Of a DNA stretch of 64,000 nt, positions 27,801-40,989 are shown piece by piece. The notes beneath the pieces were generated by a model. That model saw nothing but the letters and a program-made list of their open reading frames with translations, had not been told where the DNA came from and did not search any database. The translations under genes and the position numbers were made by a program. Location of the stretch: the NCBI GenBank assembly GCA_028534125.1, contig CM052817.1:75518001-75582000 (forward strand), given 5' to 3'. This DNA is from Lama glama (taxonomy: Eukaryota). The stretch's first letter is position 1, and each line of letters begins with the position of its first letter.

Positions 27801-29720
27801 TTAATAATGTAAATAATTTATAGTCTGAGACCATCTTCATGTGTCTTCTCTTCTTTTAAAAGTATTGAGGATTGTTTTAGGTGTCAGGATCTGATCTTAA
27901 TGAAACATACATGTTCCCTTGGGGTGAATGTATATTCTGCTTTTGATCAGTTGTGTGTCAATTAGATAAAGTTGGTGGATAATATTTTTCAGGGCTACTG
28001 TATCCATATAGGTTGTCTGCCTACTTGTTCTGTTACAAAAAGAGGAGTTTTGAAGTCTGGATAACTCTGGATTTGTTTATTTTCCTCTAAATTCTGTCAA
28101 TGTTTGTACCAAATATATTGAAACACTGTTGTTAAATATGTACATGCAGTTCTCTAGATTTATTTAGAGTAGTGTTTGAATAGAATGACTTTTTCCCGTC
28201 TTTTTACTTTTTACCTATTTCTCTATGTTTAAAGTAAGTAGCATGTAATTGGATTTTTCAACCCAATCTATATCTTCTAATTGGTTTGCTTACATAATTC
28301 AAATTTAATGTGATAATTGATATCATTGGAATAAGTCCTTGCAATTTGCTATGTATTTCCACTTTTTCTGACTTCTGTTAGCTTAACTGACTATTTTTTA
28401 CAATTCCGTTTTATCTTCTCTATTAATTATCTGTACCACTTTTATTAAATTTTAAAACAAGCATTAAACACTTTTAATATGCTGTAACTATAAAATACTT
28501 TGTAGTCAATTTTGCTTTATATAGGTCATTATCTTTTAAATCAATTAAACTAATTAAAGGATTTTATCTTCTTTAATTCATTTTCAGTGCTCTTCATTCC
28601 TTAGTGTAGGATAGTTTTCTGTCTTGTATTCTATTCCCTCTGATTGAAAATTTCCTTCTCCATTTCTTATAGAATAAGTCTGCTGACAAACTCTCACTTT
28701 TGTTTTTCCTTTTACTATTTAGATTATAAACAATATTGCATTTAACCTATACGTCAAATTTAGGGAGAAATGATTCTCACAAAAATGAGAATTTCAACCT
28801 CTCATTGTATTATATCCATCCACTTACATAGTTCCTTGATTTTTCTCAGTAATATTTTGTATTTTTCAACATAGATGTATTGCAAATTTTAATGAACTGT
28901 TTTATGTTTCATCAATGTTATCATAACTGGTATATTTTGTTATTTTATATTTTCTATTCATTTCTTGATAGAATACAAAGACACCATTTATTTTTAAAAT
29001 TTGTATTTAAATCTAGTGACCTTTATTATTTCTGAATGCTAATTGATTATCTGGCTCTTTTTTTCCTGTGAAAATCTTATTGGGAGATCCACTTGTCCTT
29101 CTCAACATGTGTAACATATCTTTTCTGTTACTGAATCAGTATTATGAAATGTTCATCATCTCTTTTTTATTTTTGTTGGGGGGGTTCAAAATCCAAATTT
29201 TGACTTGTTGTATTTTTTTGTTCATTTTGTGTTACTAATTTTTTTATCTTTAGGATATTTCTTTATGTTCTTTTTTCAGTTTTTTGCTGTTGTTTATTAT
29301 TAATATGGAAGCATACTGTATTAATTTTCAACTTTCTTTTCTATAATATACATCTTTACATTTATAAATTTCTCTCTAAAACACATTTAACCACATCATC
29401 AAACTTTATGTATTATATATTCATTATTGTTTAGTTCAAAATCTTCTCTAATTTCAAATTATGTTGTTTTCTTGACTAATGGGATATTTTGAAATGGAAT
29501 GCAGAATTTTCAAACAGGTAGTGATTTTTCCAGTTGTCTTTGTGCTATTTGTTTCTATCTTTTGCTAAAGGGATCATAATCTGTTCTGAATAATTTAAAT
29601 TTTTGAAATGAATTGAATTTAATGTCTTAGAACATAGTATTTGTAGATGTTCCATGTACACTTGTAAAAACTATATAATCTATTATTGATATGTGCTCTA
29701 TTTTATTAGTTTATTATTTT
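24830..29720 (-). mobile_element. Large block of old antisense L1 (L1MC-like 3' end, ORF2 and ORF1 pieces)
   Basis: ccagcaatgaataaatgttgcagttgct, gtaatttgcatttctctaatg, catataaattttgaaatcagtttgtc; degenerate ORF 26946-27182 resembles L1 ORF2. Confidence 0.8.
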
Positions 29721-30144
29721 TTTATTCATTTACTCAAGATAATGAAATATTACCTACGGAAAGAATGACTTGCTATATTAGATTTAGAGTGTTGGAAGTC
29801 TGAAAGATTAATTTAACATGTAGTGGCCTAAAGGTACTGTCAATGTGATAGTAATTGATAATTTGTAAGCACCATTTTGAATGATTACCCTGGAGACCAG
29901 TGCTGTATCATCTATTTGCACACCTCCTAAAAAGTGCAGCAAATAGTAGGAATTTGATTAGTAGCTGTTAAACTAAAATAACCATCTTTCCAAAGTCAAC
30001 CCTTTTTTACTAACTTTTGAACAGTGACTTGGTATCAGTCTCTCTACAAATGTGAAAAATATATTCCTGTCCTCGAAAGTTCACAGCTAGTAGAGGAGAA
30101 ATATAAATGTGTGGTAGTAATTAGATTTGGCAAGTGATATGTAG

Positions 30145-30265
30145 AACAGCGTTCTCAGCACTGACTTCACATTAGAATCATGTGAAACGTTAAAAAAGAA
30201 ATCTCGCGTTCAAGCTCTGCCCCAAATTGTTTGAATCAGAATATTTGGGAGTGGCTCAGGCTATT
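30145..30265. mobile_element. MER5-like hAT-Charlie fragment
   Basis: cagcgttctcagcactgacttcacattagaatca...tgaatcagaatatttgggagtggctcagg. Confidence 0.6.
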
Positions 30266-30910
30266 TTGACATGGTCTACCAAGTAGTCCTAGTCTTATAT
30301 GGCCAATATGCTATTATACCCCTACATTAAGTTCTGAGTGTTACCCATGGTTCCTTCTTGGCAGCACTAAAATCTCAGTTGCTAATATTTCAGCTTTAAG
30401 AACCCGTTGAAGACGCTTCTGAATTTCTTAGCATCTCAGCCACAGCTTTAACTAGGAATATGCTTCGAGGATCAATGTGAGTTTGTGTCAATGAGCTCAT
30501 CACTCCCTTTCTCTGATTAACTGGTCCTACAAATCCTTGTCTCCTTGGGGGCTGCCTGATGGCACAAAAGTCTCTAGTTTGCCATTGCAGGGAGTAGAAA
30601 TTCCTCTTATACTTTGTATATTGTCAATATATAGAAAATTATACTTCCTGTAAGTGAAATGAAATTGTCATCCTTTTATTCTAAGTTTGATTCTAAAGAT
30701 GAAAAAATGTGAACAGCATTTATTATATAAATATTACATGTTACATATATTTGTATCATGGTATGGTTCGTAGAGTTGGACATTCTCCCCTCCATCACTA
30801 AGTTGAGTGCCTTGGAGTATATAATTTTTAAAAAGTAGTTTAAAATTTTTATACCTTTAAGTGATTTAATCTTTTATTTATACACTTAATTAACTAATAT
30901 ATTCATTTGT

Positions 30911-30942
30911 GTATGTATGTATGTATGTATGTATGTATGTAT
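30911..30942. repeat. (GTAT)n microsatellite, about 8 units
   Basis: gtatgtatgtatgtatgtatgtatgtatgtat read directly. Confidence 0.95.
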
Positions 30943-32328
30943 ATATGTATTCATTATGTATTTGTCTATTTTTACCTTGGTGTCTTTATTCCTCTACCAG
31001 GGAAGAATTAGGATTGAAAAACAGGTTTTAAAACAAAAACAAATTAAGACTAAAAAACAAAATTTTTAATTTGTGGTTTTCACTTACATCTTTCGTTTTC
31101 CCTTTATTTCTTCTTCCTATCCTTTTCCCCCTTCTTTTGCCATTTTCCCTTCCTCCCTTTCACCTTTACCTTCTTCTTCTCTTTGGCTTTATTTGTTTCC
31201 GTATAACTATTAATCAATGATAATGAGTAGGAACTTTTTTTAGCATTGGAAAATATAATCTAAGCAATGTCTATACATGCCTTAGAAATTGTTTAGATGA
31301 GTGTATAAGTAGTGGTAACAAATATCATTATTTCTCTTACTGATTTTCAGTCATCACTTGTCCTCTATTTTGAATTCATATGTGGTGTCAAGTATTCAAG
31401 AGAAATCATATTTTGTTTATATTTATCTTTGATCATAAAAACAGTCTAAAACTTAATTTCTTTGAATCTGTCATTTGAACTTTAAAAATGAGGGGTTGTA
31501 TCAAATATTCTTTAACTTTCTTAATTTCTAAAATTAGTGTTGTCTCTTGAATCAACTATTATCCATAAAAGTCTTAAAATATATTGAAAATACACTTGTT
31601 ATTTTTTCTCTATGCTGTAAGCAAGATCATTGCTGTCACTTGCTTCTTACCTATATAGAGAAAATCTATGCCAAAGCAATAGTAAAATTGATTATATGCA
31701 TATATATGTGTATATATCAACTTAAAACATAGCTCATATATTAAATATAATACATAACAAAAATACTAAAGCCAATGATTTGTTCATCTTAATATTTTTC
31801 TTCATTATACTGCAAGGATTCAAGAATCAATGGCATTTATTTAGAATTTTGTAAGCATGCATAACCCTTAGCACACTCATGCTTGAAATACTTCCATAGC
31901 TAAAACTGAATGAAAGAAAGATGGGCACATAACATGATGAAAGAATTTCCATAGTCCGGTTAATAATGTGTATCTTTCTGGGATAAGATTAATTATATTA
32001 ATTATATTACAAATATGGGAGATGCTTGAATAATTACTAGAAGGATGTAAGAAAGTAGAGATTTTGTATATAGCTAAGTAGGTTGGTATTGGAGAATCAG
32101 TGTGCCTTTCCAATAGTACCTGCATAAACATCACTTGAAGGCGGTTTTATTTGGTGTATAAGGGTTATTTTTAAAGTGTTGTATTTCCCATTGAGATTTC
32201 CTTTTGAGATATTACCTAACTTGATCCATATACTAGGTACTAGATTTAACTTCCAAATGGCCATATAAAATACACAGTAAATAACATATACCCTTTAGTT
32301 TTTTAAATTTATTTAAACAATGTGTCAG

Positions 32329-32381
32329 ACCCTGGAAACAATTTCAACACTGAGTGCCAAACAATCCAGAGAAGACTTACA
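32329..32381 (+). other. Candidate 53-nt exon
   Basis: Weak acceptor aatgtgtcag| and strong donor |gtaagt; open in two frames. Confidence 0.18.
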
Positions 32382-33554
32382 GTAAGTAAGCTGATTTCCA
32401 TGAAGATGTTTGGTTAGTATATTCACTTAGATGCATGAGTTTTAATATATTTTTTAAACTTGACTGCATTTCTTAAATAATATATCTAATTAATGGAGAT
32501 TTCTTGAATATGATCACACTGATTTTAATTTCAAATAGCTTCAATAAAGAAAAAGAAAATAAATCTATCTATAGAGATAAATTTCTAAATTTGAAGCATA
32601 AATATTTTCTCCCATTTTACTTCAAATTAATCAAGCTTATGTAGCTGTGCAGAAAACCCATTATACCAATACTTTTGTGTTCCTACTGTCAACATTTTGT
32701 AGGAAAAAACTCAGAAGTGTAATGAGCAATCTTATATTTTAGTTAAATCACCCAGATGTTCTCTCTTATTATAATTTTTCCCCAGGTAATAGGAAGAGCA
32801 GGTGGTTGGTTGTATGCTGGCAAAAAGAGAAAGGAAAGGATGAATTTTTTCTTAAACTCTGTAAACTGTTTCCAGTCAGTTACTTTTCCAAGAGTTACTC
32901 TTCCAACAAGAACATGTATCTTTCTGAGCTGCTTAATTCCACAAAATTCTATTTTAGCCTATTTCATATCTGGACCTTTGCCACAACACAAACTGTTCTT
33001 GGTCAGTGTGTTAAAACAATGATCCAGAAACAGTCTGTCTGCATCAGTTTTAACTCAAAATGTATCCTGTATCTCTTGCTAAACTGCCAACCTTGTGATT
33101 TAAACTCACTGCTCAAAACTTTGAAAATGTAAGTTTTTCTATAATCTATTTATTTTTAAAAATTTTGAAGAAAATTATCTAAAAAAGAGAATAAAATCTC
33201 ACTTCTAAACACATATATATCATTTTAAATTATAAATAGCAAACATATCTGAAAATTTCGAGGCTGTTCTAGCTAAACATGCTAAAAAATTTATGCTTAA
33301 ATTACATGAGCAAATGCATTTATCAGAAGTATGCCATTCTGTTTATTAAGTGAGACTATACCTTTTAAGAAATGAAAAATATTTGCTACTTAGCAATAGC
33401 AAAATTAGCATTAAGTATTGATATTTGAATATGCATTAAGATCTATTTCAGCTTGTATTTCTAATTATCTTACATCTGTACTCTGCAAAGAGCTCTTCTT
33501 TCTCTGGGAGAATGATAATAGTTGAGATGAGTAGAGTTTTTCTCTGAAACCAAA

Positions 33555-33697
33555 GAAAGAAGGAAGGAAGGAAAGAAGGAAGAAAAAAGAAAGAAAAGAA
33601 GAAGGAAAAAGAGAGAAAGGAGGGAGTAAAGGAGGATAAAAAGAGGGAGGAAAGAAAGGAAGGAACAAAGGAAAGAAGGAAGTGGTGAAAGAAGGAA
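33555..33697 (+). repeat. GA-rich (GGAA/GAAA) low-complexity tract
   Basis: aaggaaggaaggaaagaaggaagaaaaaagaaagaaaagaagaagg...; explains the Phe/Pro/Ser-rich ORF 33465-33839. Confidence 0.9.
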
Positions 33698-33729
33698 TAA
33701 TTAATAATATAAGTTGGAAGTAATAAACT

Positions 33730-33908
33730 TTGCCCTTAAAGGCACTGTGAACCATAAGGTAACAGCTGTTCAACTCTGTTTTATAGCACAAAAACAGCCA
33801 TAGGCAACTTGTAAACAAATATATGTGGCTCTGTTCCAATAAATCTTTGTTTACAAAAGCAGGTTATGGGCAGGATTTGATCCACAGGCCATTGTTTGTC
33901 AGTCTCAG
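33730..33908 (+). mobile_element. MER58-like hAT MITE
   Basis: aaaaacagccataggcaac...gtggctctgttccaataaatctttgtttacaaaagcagg...ggatttgatccacaggcca. Confidence 0.8.
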
Positions 33909-34634
33909 TTATATGTGAATATATGATAGAGATTTTCATATAGTTAATGCTGAATATATTTTGAATGAATGACATTGGTTAATAGTATTTTCCTTTTTGC
34001 ATATATTAATTACTTAAGCTGACACATATTCCATTGATCTTATGATCCTTTATATCTCCTTAATTTTTCTCATGGAAAAAAATTATAAAAACATTTCCAA
34101 GTTAAAAAAAATAAATTTATAGAAAAAATTGAAGTATAAAATGTCAAAATGTAAGTAACAAGGGAAATAGATAAATTTCTGTGTAATAAATTCTTAATAA
34201 ATAATTCAGGTCAACTGTATTAAAAGACCATCTTCATTTGTTCTGTCATGTGAAGATACTGATTTCAAAGTAATAAACACTTAGGATCTACTATATTTCT
34301 GAAATTGACTTAAAATGAATTTCCTAAGAAAAAATAATGGTTAAATGCAGTTTTATTGTCATCTTAACCTCAAGGTTTTTTGGGGTTTTTTAATGTTTAA
34401 TTTTCTTTCAAAAATATGTTTAATACTTGTTTATTCTTATTTTCTACCTCGGAAAATCATGTTATTCAAGAAAGGCTATGAGCAGACATCACATATATAA
34501 GTGTAAAAGAAAGAAAAATAGAAAGGTGAACATTCTAAAACTATAATTACTATTAATTCTCTACAAAGTAGAAAATCACATTTTTATTTTCTCTTTTCTT
34601 CATTTAAAATTAAGTTATGAGCTTACTTTAAGTA

Positions 34635-35633
34635 CAGTTGACACTTGAACAATGAGAGAGTTAGGAGTGCCAATCCCCAAACACTTAAAAATTTATGTAT
34701 AAATTTTGGCCTCCCCAAAATTTAACTACTAGTAACAACTACTGTTGACTGAAATCCTTAGTGATAACAGAAACTATTAACACATATTTTGTATGTTACA
34801 TGTATTATATAGTGTATTCTTAAAATAAAGTAAGCTAGAAAAAAATAAAACATTATTAATAAAATAATAAAGAAGAGAAAATACATTTACAGTACTATAC
34901 TGTATTTATCGATCCTGTAAGTTTGCAGGCTGTTTACAGGATGAATTGTCTGTCAATATCTACATCAATATTGTCTTATATGACATAAAACACTATAAGT
35001 GTTATAAGTATTACTAACATTAGACATCAAGGATAATGTGAAAGGATAATGTGAAAAAATTTATATTTATTTACAGGTATAATGATTCATTTGTTGATAA
35101 CAAAGAAGCAGCAATATGATTGTCTTATGGTAGCCTAGTGTAATAGATGTTTCAGAGTAGCCTACCCTATACACTAATGAATGAATTATTATAAAACTTT
35201 TATGTCACACAGGAATACAGTCATATTCATAATACAATATTGGAAACATTTCACGTTAAAAAAAACCACTTACCTGTGATGATAGAATGACATTCACTTT
35301 CTCCAATTATGAGAGGGAGAGAGGCATACTGTAGGGTAACATTATTATTTTAAAAAAGTTATAAAACACTAAGAAAACTAACACATTATTAATTTATATT
35401 AAGTATCAGTCACTTTATGCCCATGTAAGGGTAGATTAGTATCTACATATATTTTATGCATTAATGGCATACCTTTTTCTTAATTTTTTGATATTTCTAA
35501 GCTATGCAGTCAATTTGCGAATTTTTTCAAATTGTTGCAGGTTTCCAAAAAAAATTTCAATATATTTATTGAAAATAAACTACATATGAGTAGACCCACT
35601 CAGTTCAAGCCCATGTTGTTCAAGGGCCAACTG
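34635..35633 (-). mobile_element. Complete non-autonomous Tigger2-family (Tc1/mariner-pogo) element, 999 bp
   Basis: TIRs cagttgacacttgaacaa ... ttgttcaagggccaactg, flanked by TA at 34633-34634 and 35634-35635. Confidence 0.92.
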
Positions 35634-36329
35634 TAATTAACATAATAGTTATTGAATATTAGGATTTAATAGCGATGACTCAGTTATTTATCAAAGATTT
35701 TTTCACAGTTGTACTGATATTGTTATTCATCTCAATGAACAGCATGTTTTGTTCTTGAGTATGCAGCATTATGGCTTAGCACTATCTCAGGTGAAAGTAG
35801 AAAAAAAATTTTGAAACTTGTGCATTGTCTTCAGGAGTGGGCAAGTCATCTGACATGAAAATTCTTTACATTCACATTGCAAATGCCATGCTTTTCTATT
35901 TACGTGAACATTGATTCTCTTCTAAATTAAAAACAAAACCAACTAGAAGTTATAAAGAAAAAGTTTTCACAGATAAATTAAGCTATGATTGTCTAACATT
36001 ATATTTTAGAAAAATAATATGCTGAAACATTAACAATTGCATAAACATAAAGTCAGTGAGTCTATACTTGTATATTGTAGTAGGTGAGATTCACATTTAT
36101 TATTTTCTGTAGAGCAAATTATGTTTTAATGCTATCTTAAATAATTCATTCTTTTCCTATTGATTTGTAATGTTACCTTTATCAAGCATAGACAAGTCTA
36201 CCTTTGAGTTTATAGTCCAGACAGTGTTTTATTATTCTATTTGTCTCCTTCACATGAAAACTTCATTGATTCAATTATTATGGCTTTGGGTTATGTATGC
36301 AGGTTTTTAAAGGTTATTATAAATATGTT

Positions 36330-37390
36330 TCAAATATTTAAAGAAAAATATTAGGAGGGTAGTAAAAGCATTTTAAAAAGAACTTTGAAAGATAGAAAAC
36401 ACAATAAGCTATATTTTAAAAATTACTGAATTGGCTAAAAATTACTAAATGAGCATATTGGACACTGTGAAATAAAAGAAAATATGAAGGCACAGCCATA
36501 CAAATCTATATATAATGTGAGCTTTCCAATATGATAGACTTAGTTGCACCAAGCCATATTTCAGGTACTCAGTAACCACACGTGGTTTTGAAACACTGCT
36601 TTATATAGTGCATATTACAAAACGTTTCTATTATTGCAGAATCCTGTTGGAAAATGATGATCTGCACTAAAGCACAGAGAGAAAATGTCCAAAGTAAATA
36701 AATGTGTAAATAAAGCCAGGGTCTCAGTGTCCCATAGGACAATATCAAGTAGTCAGTCTGACATACATGTAATCACATCCCCAAGGGTGTTGATAGGCAG
36801 AAAAATATTTACGATAAAATAGCCTAAAATATTCTAAATATGATGACTACTATAATCTGCATATCTAAAATATTAACAAATTTAAGCAAGATAATTAAAC
36901 AGACATCTATAGCAAGAAATATCATAACCTAAACCAGTATTATTAATATAGGAGAAAACTGTAAAAGCATTCAAATTAAAAAAGAAAAAGAAAAAAAAAA
37001 AACGAATCCATTGCCTGCCTACCAAAGGGAATTAAAAACAACAACAGCGTCACAAACTTCTAGTCAAACACAATGCTAGCCAGAACATAATGGAACAATA
37101 TATTTATAAATTTATTTAACAAACTGAAAAAAAAAAAGAGTTGGGAGTCAAGGAGGGAACCTCTCCAAATTAGAATTCCATACCCTGGAAAGATCTTTCA
37201 GTAATGAAGTAAAAACAAACAAACAAAACAAGTGGATGGCGTTTTTCTCCAGTAGGCAAATACAATGTAAAGAAATATAAAATAATTTCTTATGGCAAAG
37301 AAAAATGACAACATATGAAACAAATTTTTAAAATGTACTTCACCAGAATTGCTAGGTGTGGGGGTAAATATATACACTTTATTTTCCTTT
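36330..37390 (+). mobile_element. Ancient L1 ORF1-region fragment carrying a MER3-like insertion at about 36520-36660
   Basis: gacaatatcaag...acatacatgtaatcacatcccc...gcagaaaaatattt; MER3-like agccatatttcaggtactcagtaaccacacgtgg...aaacgtttctattattgcag. Confidence 0.6.
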
Positions 37391-38097
37391 TATAAAATTA
37401 CTTTATGAAATAAGGACATTAAACAGGTAACCATCATCTTAAGCTATTTTCTGTTGACAAATCCTGTAACAGAGATAGTATGAGCTTATTTGACTTTTTA
37501 AAGCCTAAGTACAATAAAAGTTGTATGCCTGCATTATATTTAATATTGATAGCTCTAAAGATATGCTTATTTTAATTAAACCAGCAAACTTAAACTAGCT
37601 TTTATTTATCTAATAGTATCCTAGATCAGGTGATCTTGAAAAACATTTAGATTTGTTTTCATATTTCTGAGAGTAGACGTGATTTATGTAATGCTTTTGG
37701 GGGAAGCCAATTAAATAGATCTCTTGAATGAATGAACTTTGGTAATTCCACTCAGAGGTAGAAAAATATCACACATTTGTAACATACATACATAGACATA
37801 CATAGACATACAGGCAGACACAAATAGAGATTTATAGCTTTTGTTTTAAAATTTTAGCCATGAGATGTGTATGATAATGCAAAACTCACAAGTTTATAAA
37901 AGAACAGTTATATCCAAATTGTGTTTCTGGCGGAAGGAATAATTTAAGGTTACCTGCTCAAATGGGCTAAAGCTTTTCATTAATATTTGTGAAACAGACA
38001 TTTTAAGTTCTTTCTTAGTCCTGATTTTCAAAATTGCCTATTTGTTTTTCCTTCTGATAAGAATTACCTTTGTTCCTAGAGAAAGCCAGATAGAATA

Positions 38098-38450
38098 TGT
38101 TTACCTAAAACAAATAGACTGCCAGATACTTCCCCAGCAAAGATGGGTTTATTTGGGATTAGCAGAGAATAGTAATTTGGGGTCTGCAACCATGAAAATC
38201 AAGTTTCTAAAGGGGAAGGGAAGGAGAACATTTTAATAGAGGGAAGAGGAAGGTGGGAGGGCTGTAGTAAAGAAAAAAAAAATGCAAACAAAAAAAGAGT
38301 CCATGGCTTTTCTTGGCCAAGTTGTTGCCAGGAAATAAGAGGGGTCTTTCTTCTTCCTGTTGGGCTCTGCTGTCATCACAGGGAGAGAGAGAGTTCCCCT
38401 TTTGATACTCAGACTCTGATTGAGGTTACTGTTTATTAATTTTTTTCACA
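38098..38450 (-). mobile_element. ERV1-type solo LTR with 4-bp TSD
   Basis: TG...CA termini; aata on both sides (38094-38097 and 38451-38454); antisense poly-A signal tttatt near the left end. Confidence 0.8.
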
Positions 38451-38679
38451 AATACATCTTAAAATCACAGAGAAAAAAATTCAAATTTCACCAAGAAGGT
38501 GAAATTTTAATTCCCTAAGTCCAGATGTTTATAATAATTCCAAGTCTTTTGAGATGACTAAGGGGAGATTTTGAAATTGGTAAAAAGCATAAGTGGCCTT
38601 TGAATTGTTTCTAGAGCTACATTACTGTTTTAAGACTTGATTTATAAAACAAATGCAGTTGTTTTTTAATTCCTCAAAG

Positions 38680-39235
38680 TGTTACTACAAAAGGGAAAGG
38701 GAAAAGACCCCCGTTCTTGTCATATCCAAAAGATAAGATTTCAGACAGGAGAGAGTGTGTTGTGTAGTGAAAGATTTTAAAGGATTTATTTAGAAAAGGA
38801 AAAATATACCTCCAGGAATGGGAGGCGGGCTGATCCAAGGAGGGGTTAACAGTGGTCTTTGTCTGCTCTTTCTCTTATACCCTTGCTTAGAGGTGGTCTT
38901 TTGATTCATTGACGGCTTTTGTCCCTGGAATGCCTAGTCATGTTTGTTCCCTTTGCACGTGTCCTTACCCATGGTGCACACAGAAAAACCCATGGGGGTC
39001 GGGGGGAGGCTAAACCGCAATAGCTTTATATTACAGTAAGCACAGGGTTATGTCTGATTAAGTCCTCATTACCAAGCAGTTGCTGCTGTTGTGTTCTAAA
39101 TGGTTTCTTGCTGGAACTCATTTAGAAGAACTAAAGTCCCTTCATGCTGGAGGCAGACATAATGCCATCAGATGGCCCATCTTCCCTCTCTTCCACCTAT
39201 CAGCCTGGTGCCCCCACTTATCTAACTACCTAACA
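38680..39235 (-). mobile_element. ERV1-type solo LTR, 556 bp
   Basis: Terminal inverted tgtta...taaca; flanks aaag/aaaa; antisense AATAAA (tttatt) and TATA-like (cttata) motifs. Confidence 0.78.
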
Positions 39236-40292
39236 AAAAAGAATCAGGTTGCAACCTGAAGGATGTCAAGAAGCAGAAACACTCATGAAGCTATATTACC
39301 CTCAGTTTACTTCTTTGTATCGGGATAAAGATCTTCAACTGCCATGGAATTCAAAAGATTCCTATGTTCTAGACTTAGAGATGTATGTCTTTGTAAAGTT
39401 TAATCCTTCCACAGAGGCTTCAGAAAGATTTTGTTTCTTTTTGACTACAAATTTTAATTTTAGCTTAGGAGAGAAGACCTAAAAAAGTTCCAATACCAGA
39501 TTTTGAATTATCAGCTTCTAGTTTGGCCACTTCTGACCACAGAACTCCTTACAAAACAAAACAGAAAAATCCTTTTGAATGTCTTGTCAGGTTTCAGCCA
39601 GGACAGACAGTAAATCTGAATTTGGAAAGGGAAGGACAAAGTGAAATTTTAACTTTCTCTCTAGACCAGGCCCCGAGAAAGAACTCTGGCAGAGCTGAGT
39701 TTGATAAGAATTCTCATTCTTTATTGGCTTCTGCCAGTTTTCCCAGGATGCTGTCTGCAGGCTCTGAAGAGTGGAGTGTCCTGGTAGGTCTCATCCTGGT
39801 CACCAGAAACTATAGAGGAGGAAAAATAATTTTCACTCTACCTTTTACGGTGAATACTTGGCTAAGATCCCTTTTTTTCTAGGGTACCTCATAAATGGGC
39901 AAGCTTATCTAGGTTAAAATTTTCCACTGTGGCTACTTCTATTCAAGATTATCTTTGTAAGATTAACGTACTTGATCAGCCTTTCACCTGAGACTTCACT
40001 TTGGTGCAGTCCAGCTTGAGTCAGAGCCAGTTCATGGATCCATTCTGGCTTTCAGTTAGACCCAGTTTGACTTTGGTGGTTTCTAGACCCAGTCTGGGGA
40101 GTGGGGGAGTGCTCAAATAAAGTCTGAAAGTTATAGTGCAAAAACTCTGGTGCCAGGAACTGAGAGGGACTGACCCACCAGCTTGGGGTCAGGAATAAAG
40201 CAGTGAACTCAAGGGGCTTAACAGGTACGTCCACTCACTGCTTGTCTAGGGTGTCTGGGATCTCCTTCGGTTCTCTCTTCTAGCACCAGAAC

Positions 40293-40669
40293 TGTTAGAT
40301 GATTAACTGAGGCATATTAAAAATTTTAAGAGTTTACATAAACAAAAATCAATTCAAATCTAGCAGTATCCATCCAGGCAGATAGAAACTCTGAGGAGCT
40401 ACACAAATGAGATTTTTATAGACAGGAGGAAGCAAGAAGACAATTATACTAGGCAAAAAAGAGGATTGGTTATTTCAAGGTTACTTTCATTTAGTAGGGG
40501 TGTATCAGGTAGATTACCTAACTACTGCTGATTGGGTGATTCCTGATTGACTGCTTCAAGATTCCATTTACGGGAGAGTGAGAACTGTAATTAAGTGAAG
40601 TCTCGGTTTGAGGACATGGGGTTTAGCATAAATGACTCCATTTTGGATATGTCATCTTGCTTTTTAGCA
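40293..40669 (-). mobile_element. 5' LTR of the ERV1 remnant
   Basis: tgttag...ttagca termini; antisense TATA (tttttatag) and CCAAT (gattgg) motifs; gactccatttt near the U3 start; PBS-like sequence adjacent. Confidence 0.78.
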
Positions 40670-40989
40670 CTGTTAACATTAATAAATAATCATAGGTTCA
40701 GATAAAATGCTAATTGCCATTTTTAGATTATTCAATTACCCATAAGGACTTAGAAAGTATGATAATGACAACATTTCATTTTCATCTCCATAAATGTCAT
40801 CCCATTTTTAAAAGTCTGCGATTCTAAAATGGATATAAAGAGGCACAATTATGATAGTCCAAATGTAAGATATAATTTGAATATGTATGATTGTGATTAA
40901 CTTAAGCAAGTGTTTTAATTATTTCAGAAAAACATATTTTCATTTTTTTCTTCATCAAGGGCAGAAGGATGCATTACTATTTCTCACTT

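Larger units (their letters stand above)
37400..40292 (-). mobile_element. Degenerate ERV1 (MER4-group-like) internal region, 3'-truncated, interrupted by two solo LTRs
   Basis: Abuts the LTR at 40293 through a PBS-like tggtgctagaagagagaa (minus strand); internal motifs acatagacatacatagac and ttttaaaattttagccatgag resemble non-autonomous ERV1 internals. Confidence 0.65.

Noticed and set aside
32958..33022. AYFISGPLPQH resembling the tyrosine-phosphatase YIATQGPLP motif
   Set aside because: The frame stops within about 20 codons and no other PTP motifs (KNRY, WPD, HCSAG) were found; likely chance.
33465..33839. 124-aa hydrophobic ORF as a membrane protein
   Set aside because: Produced by a GA-rich low-complexity tract plus a MER58-like element.
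39523..39882. 119-aa ORF as a retroviral gene
   Set aside because: Antisense to the ERV remnant, with no gag/pol/env motif recognised.
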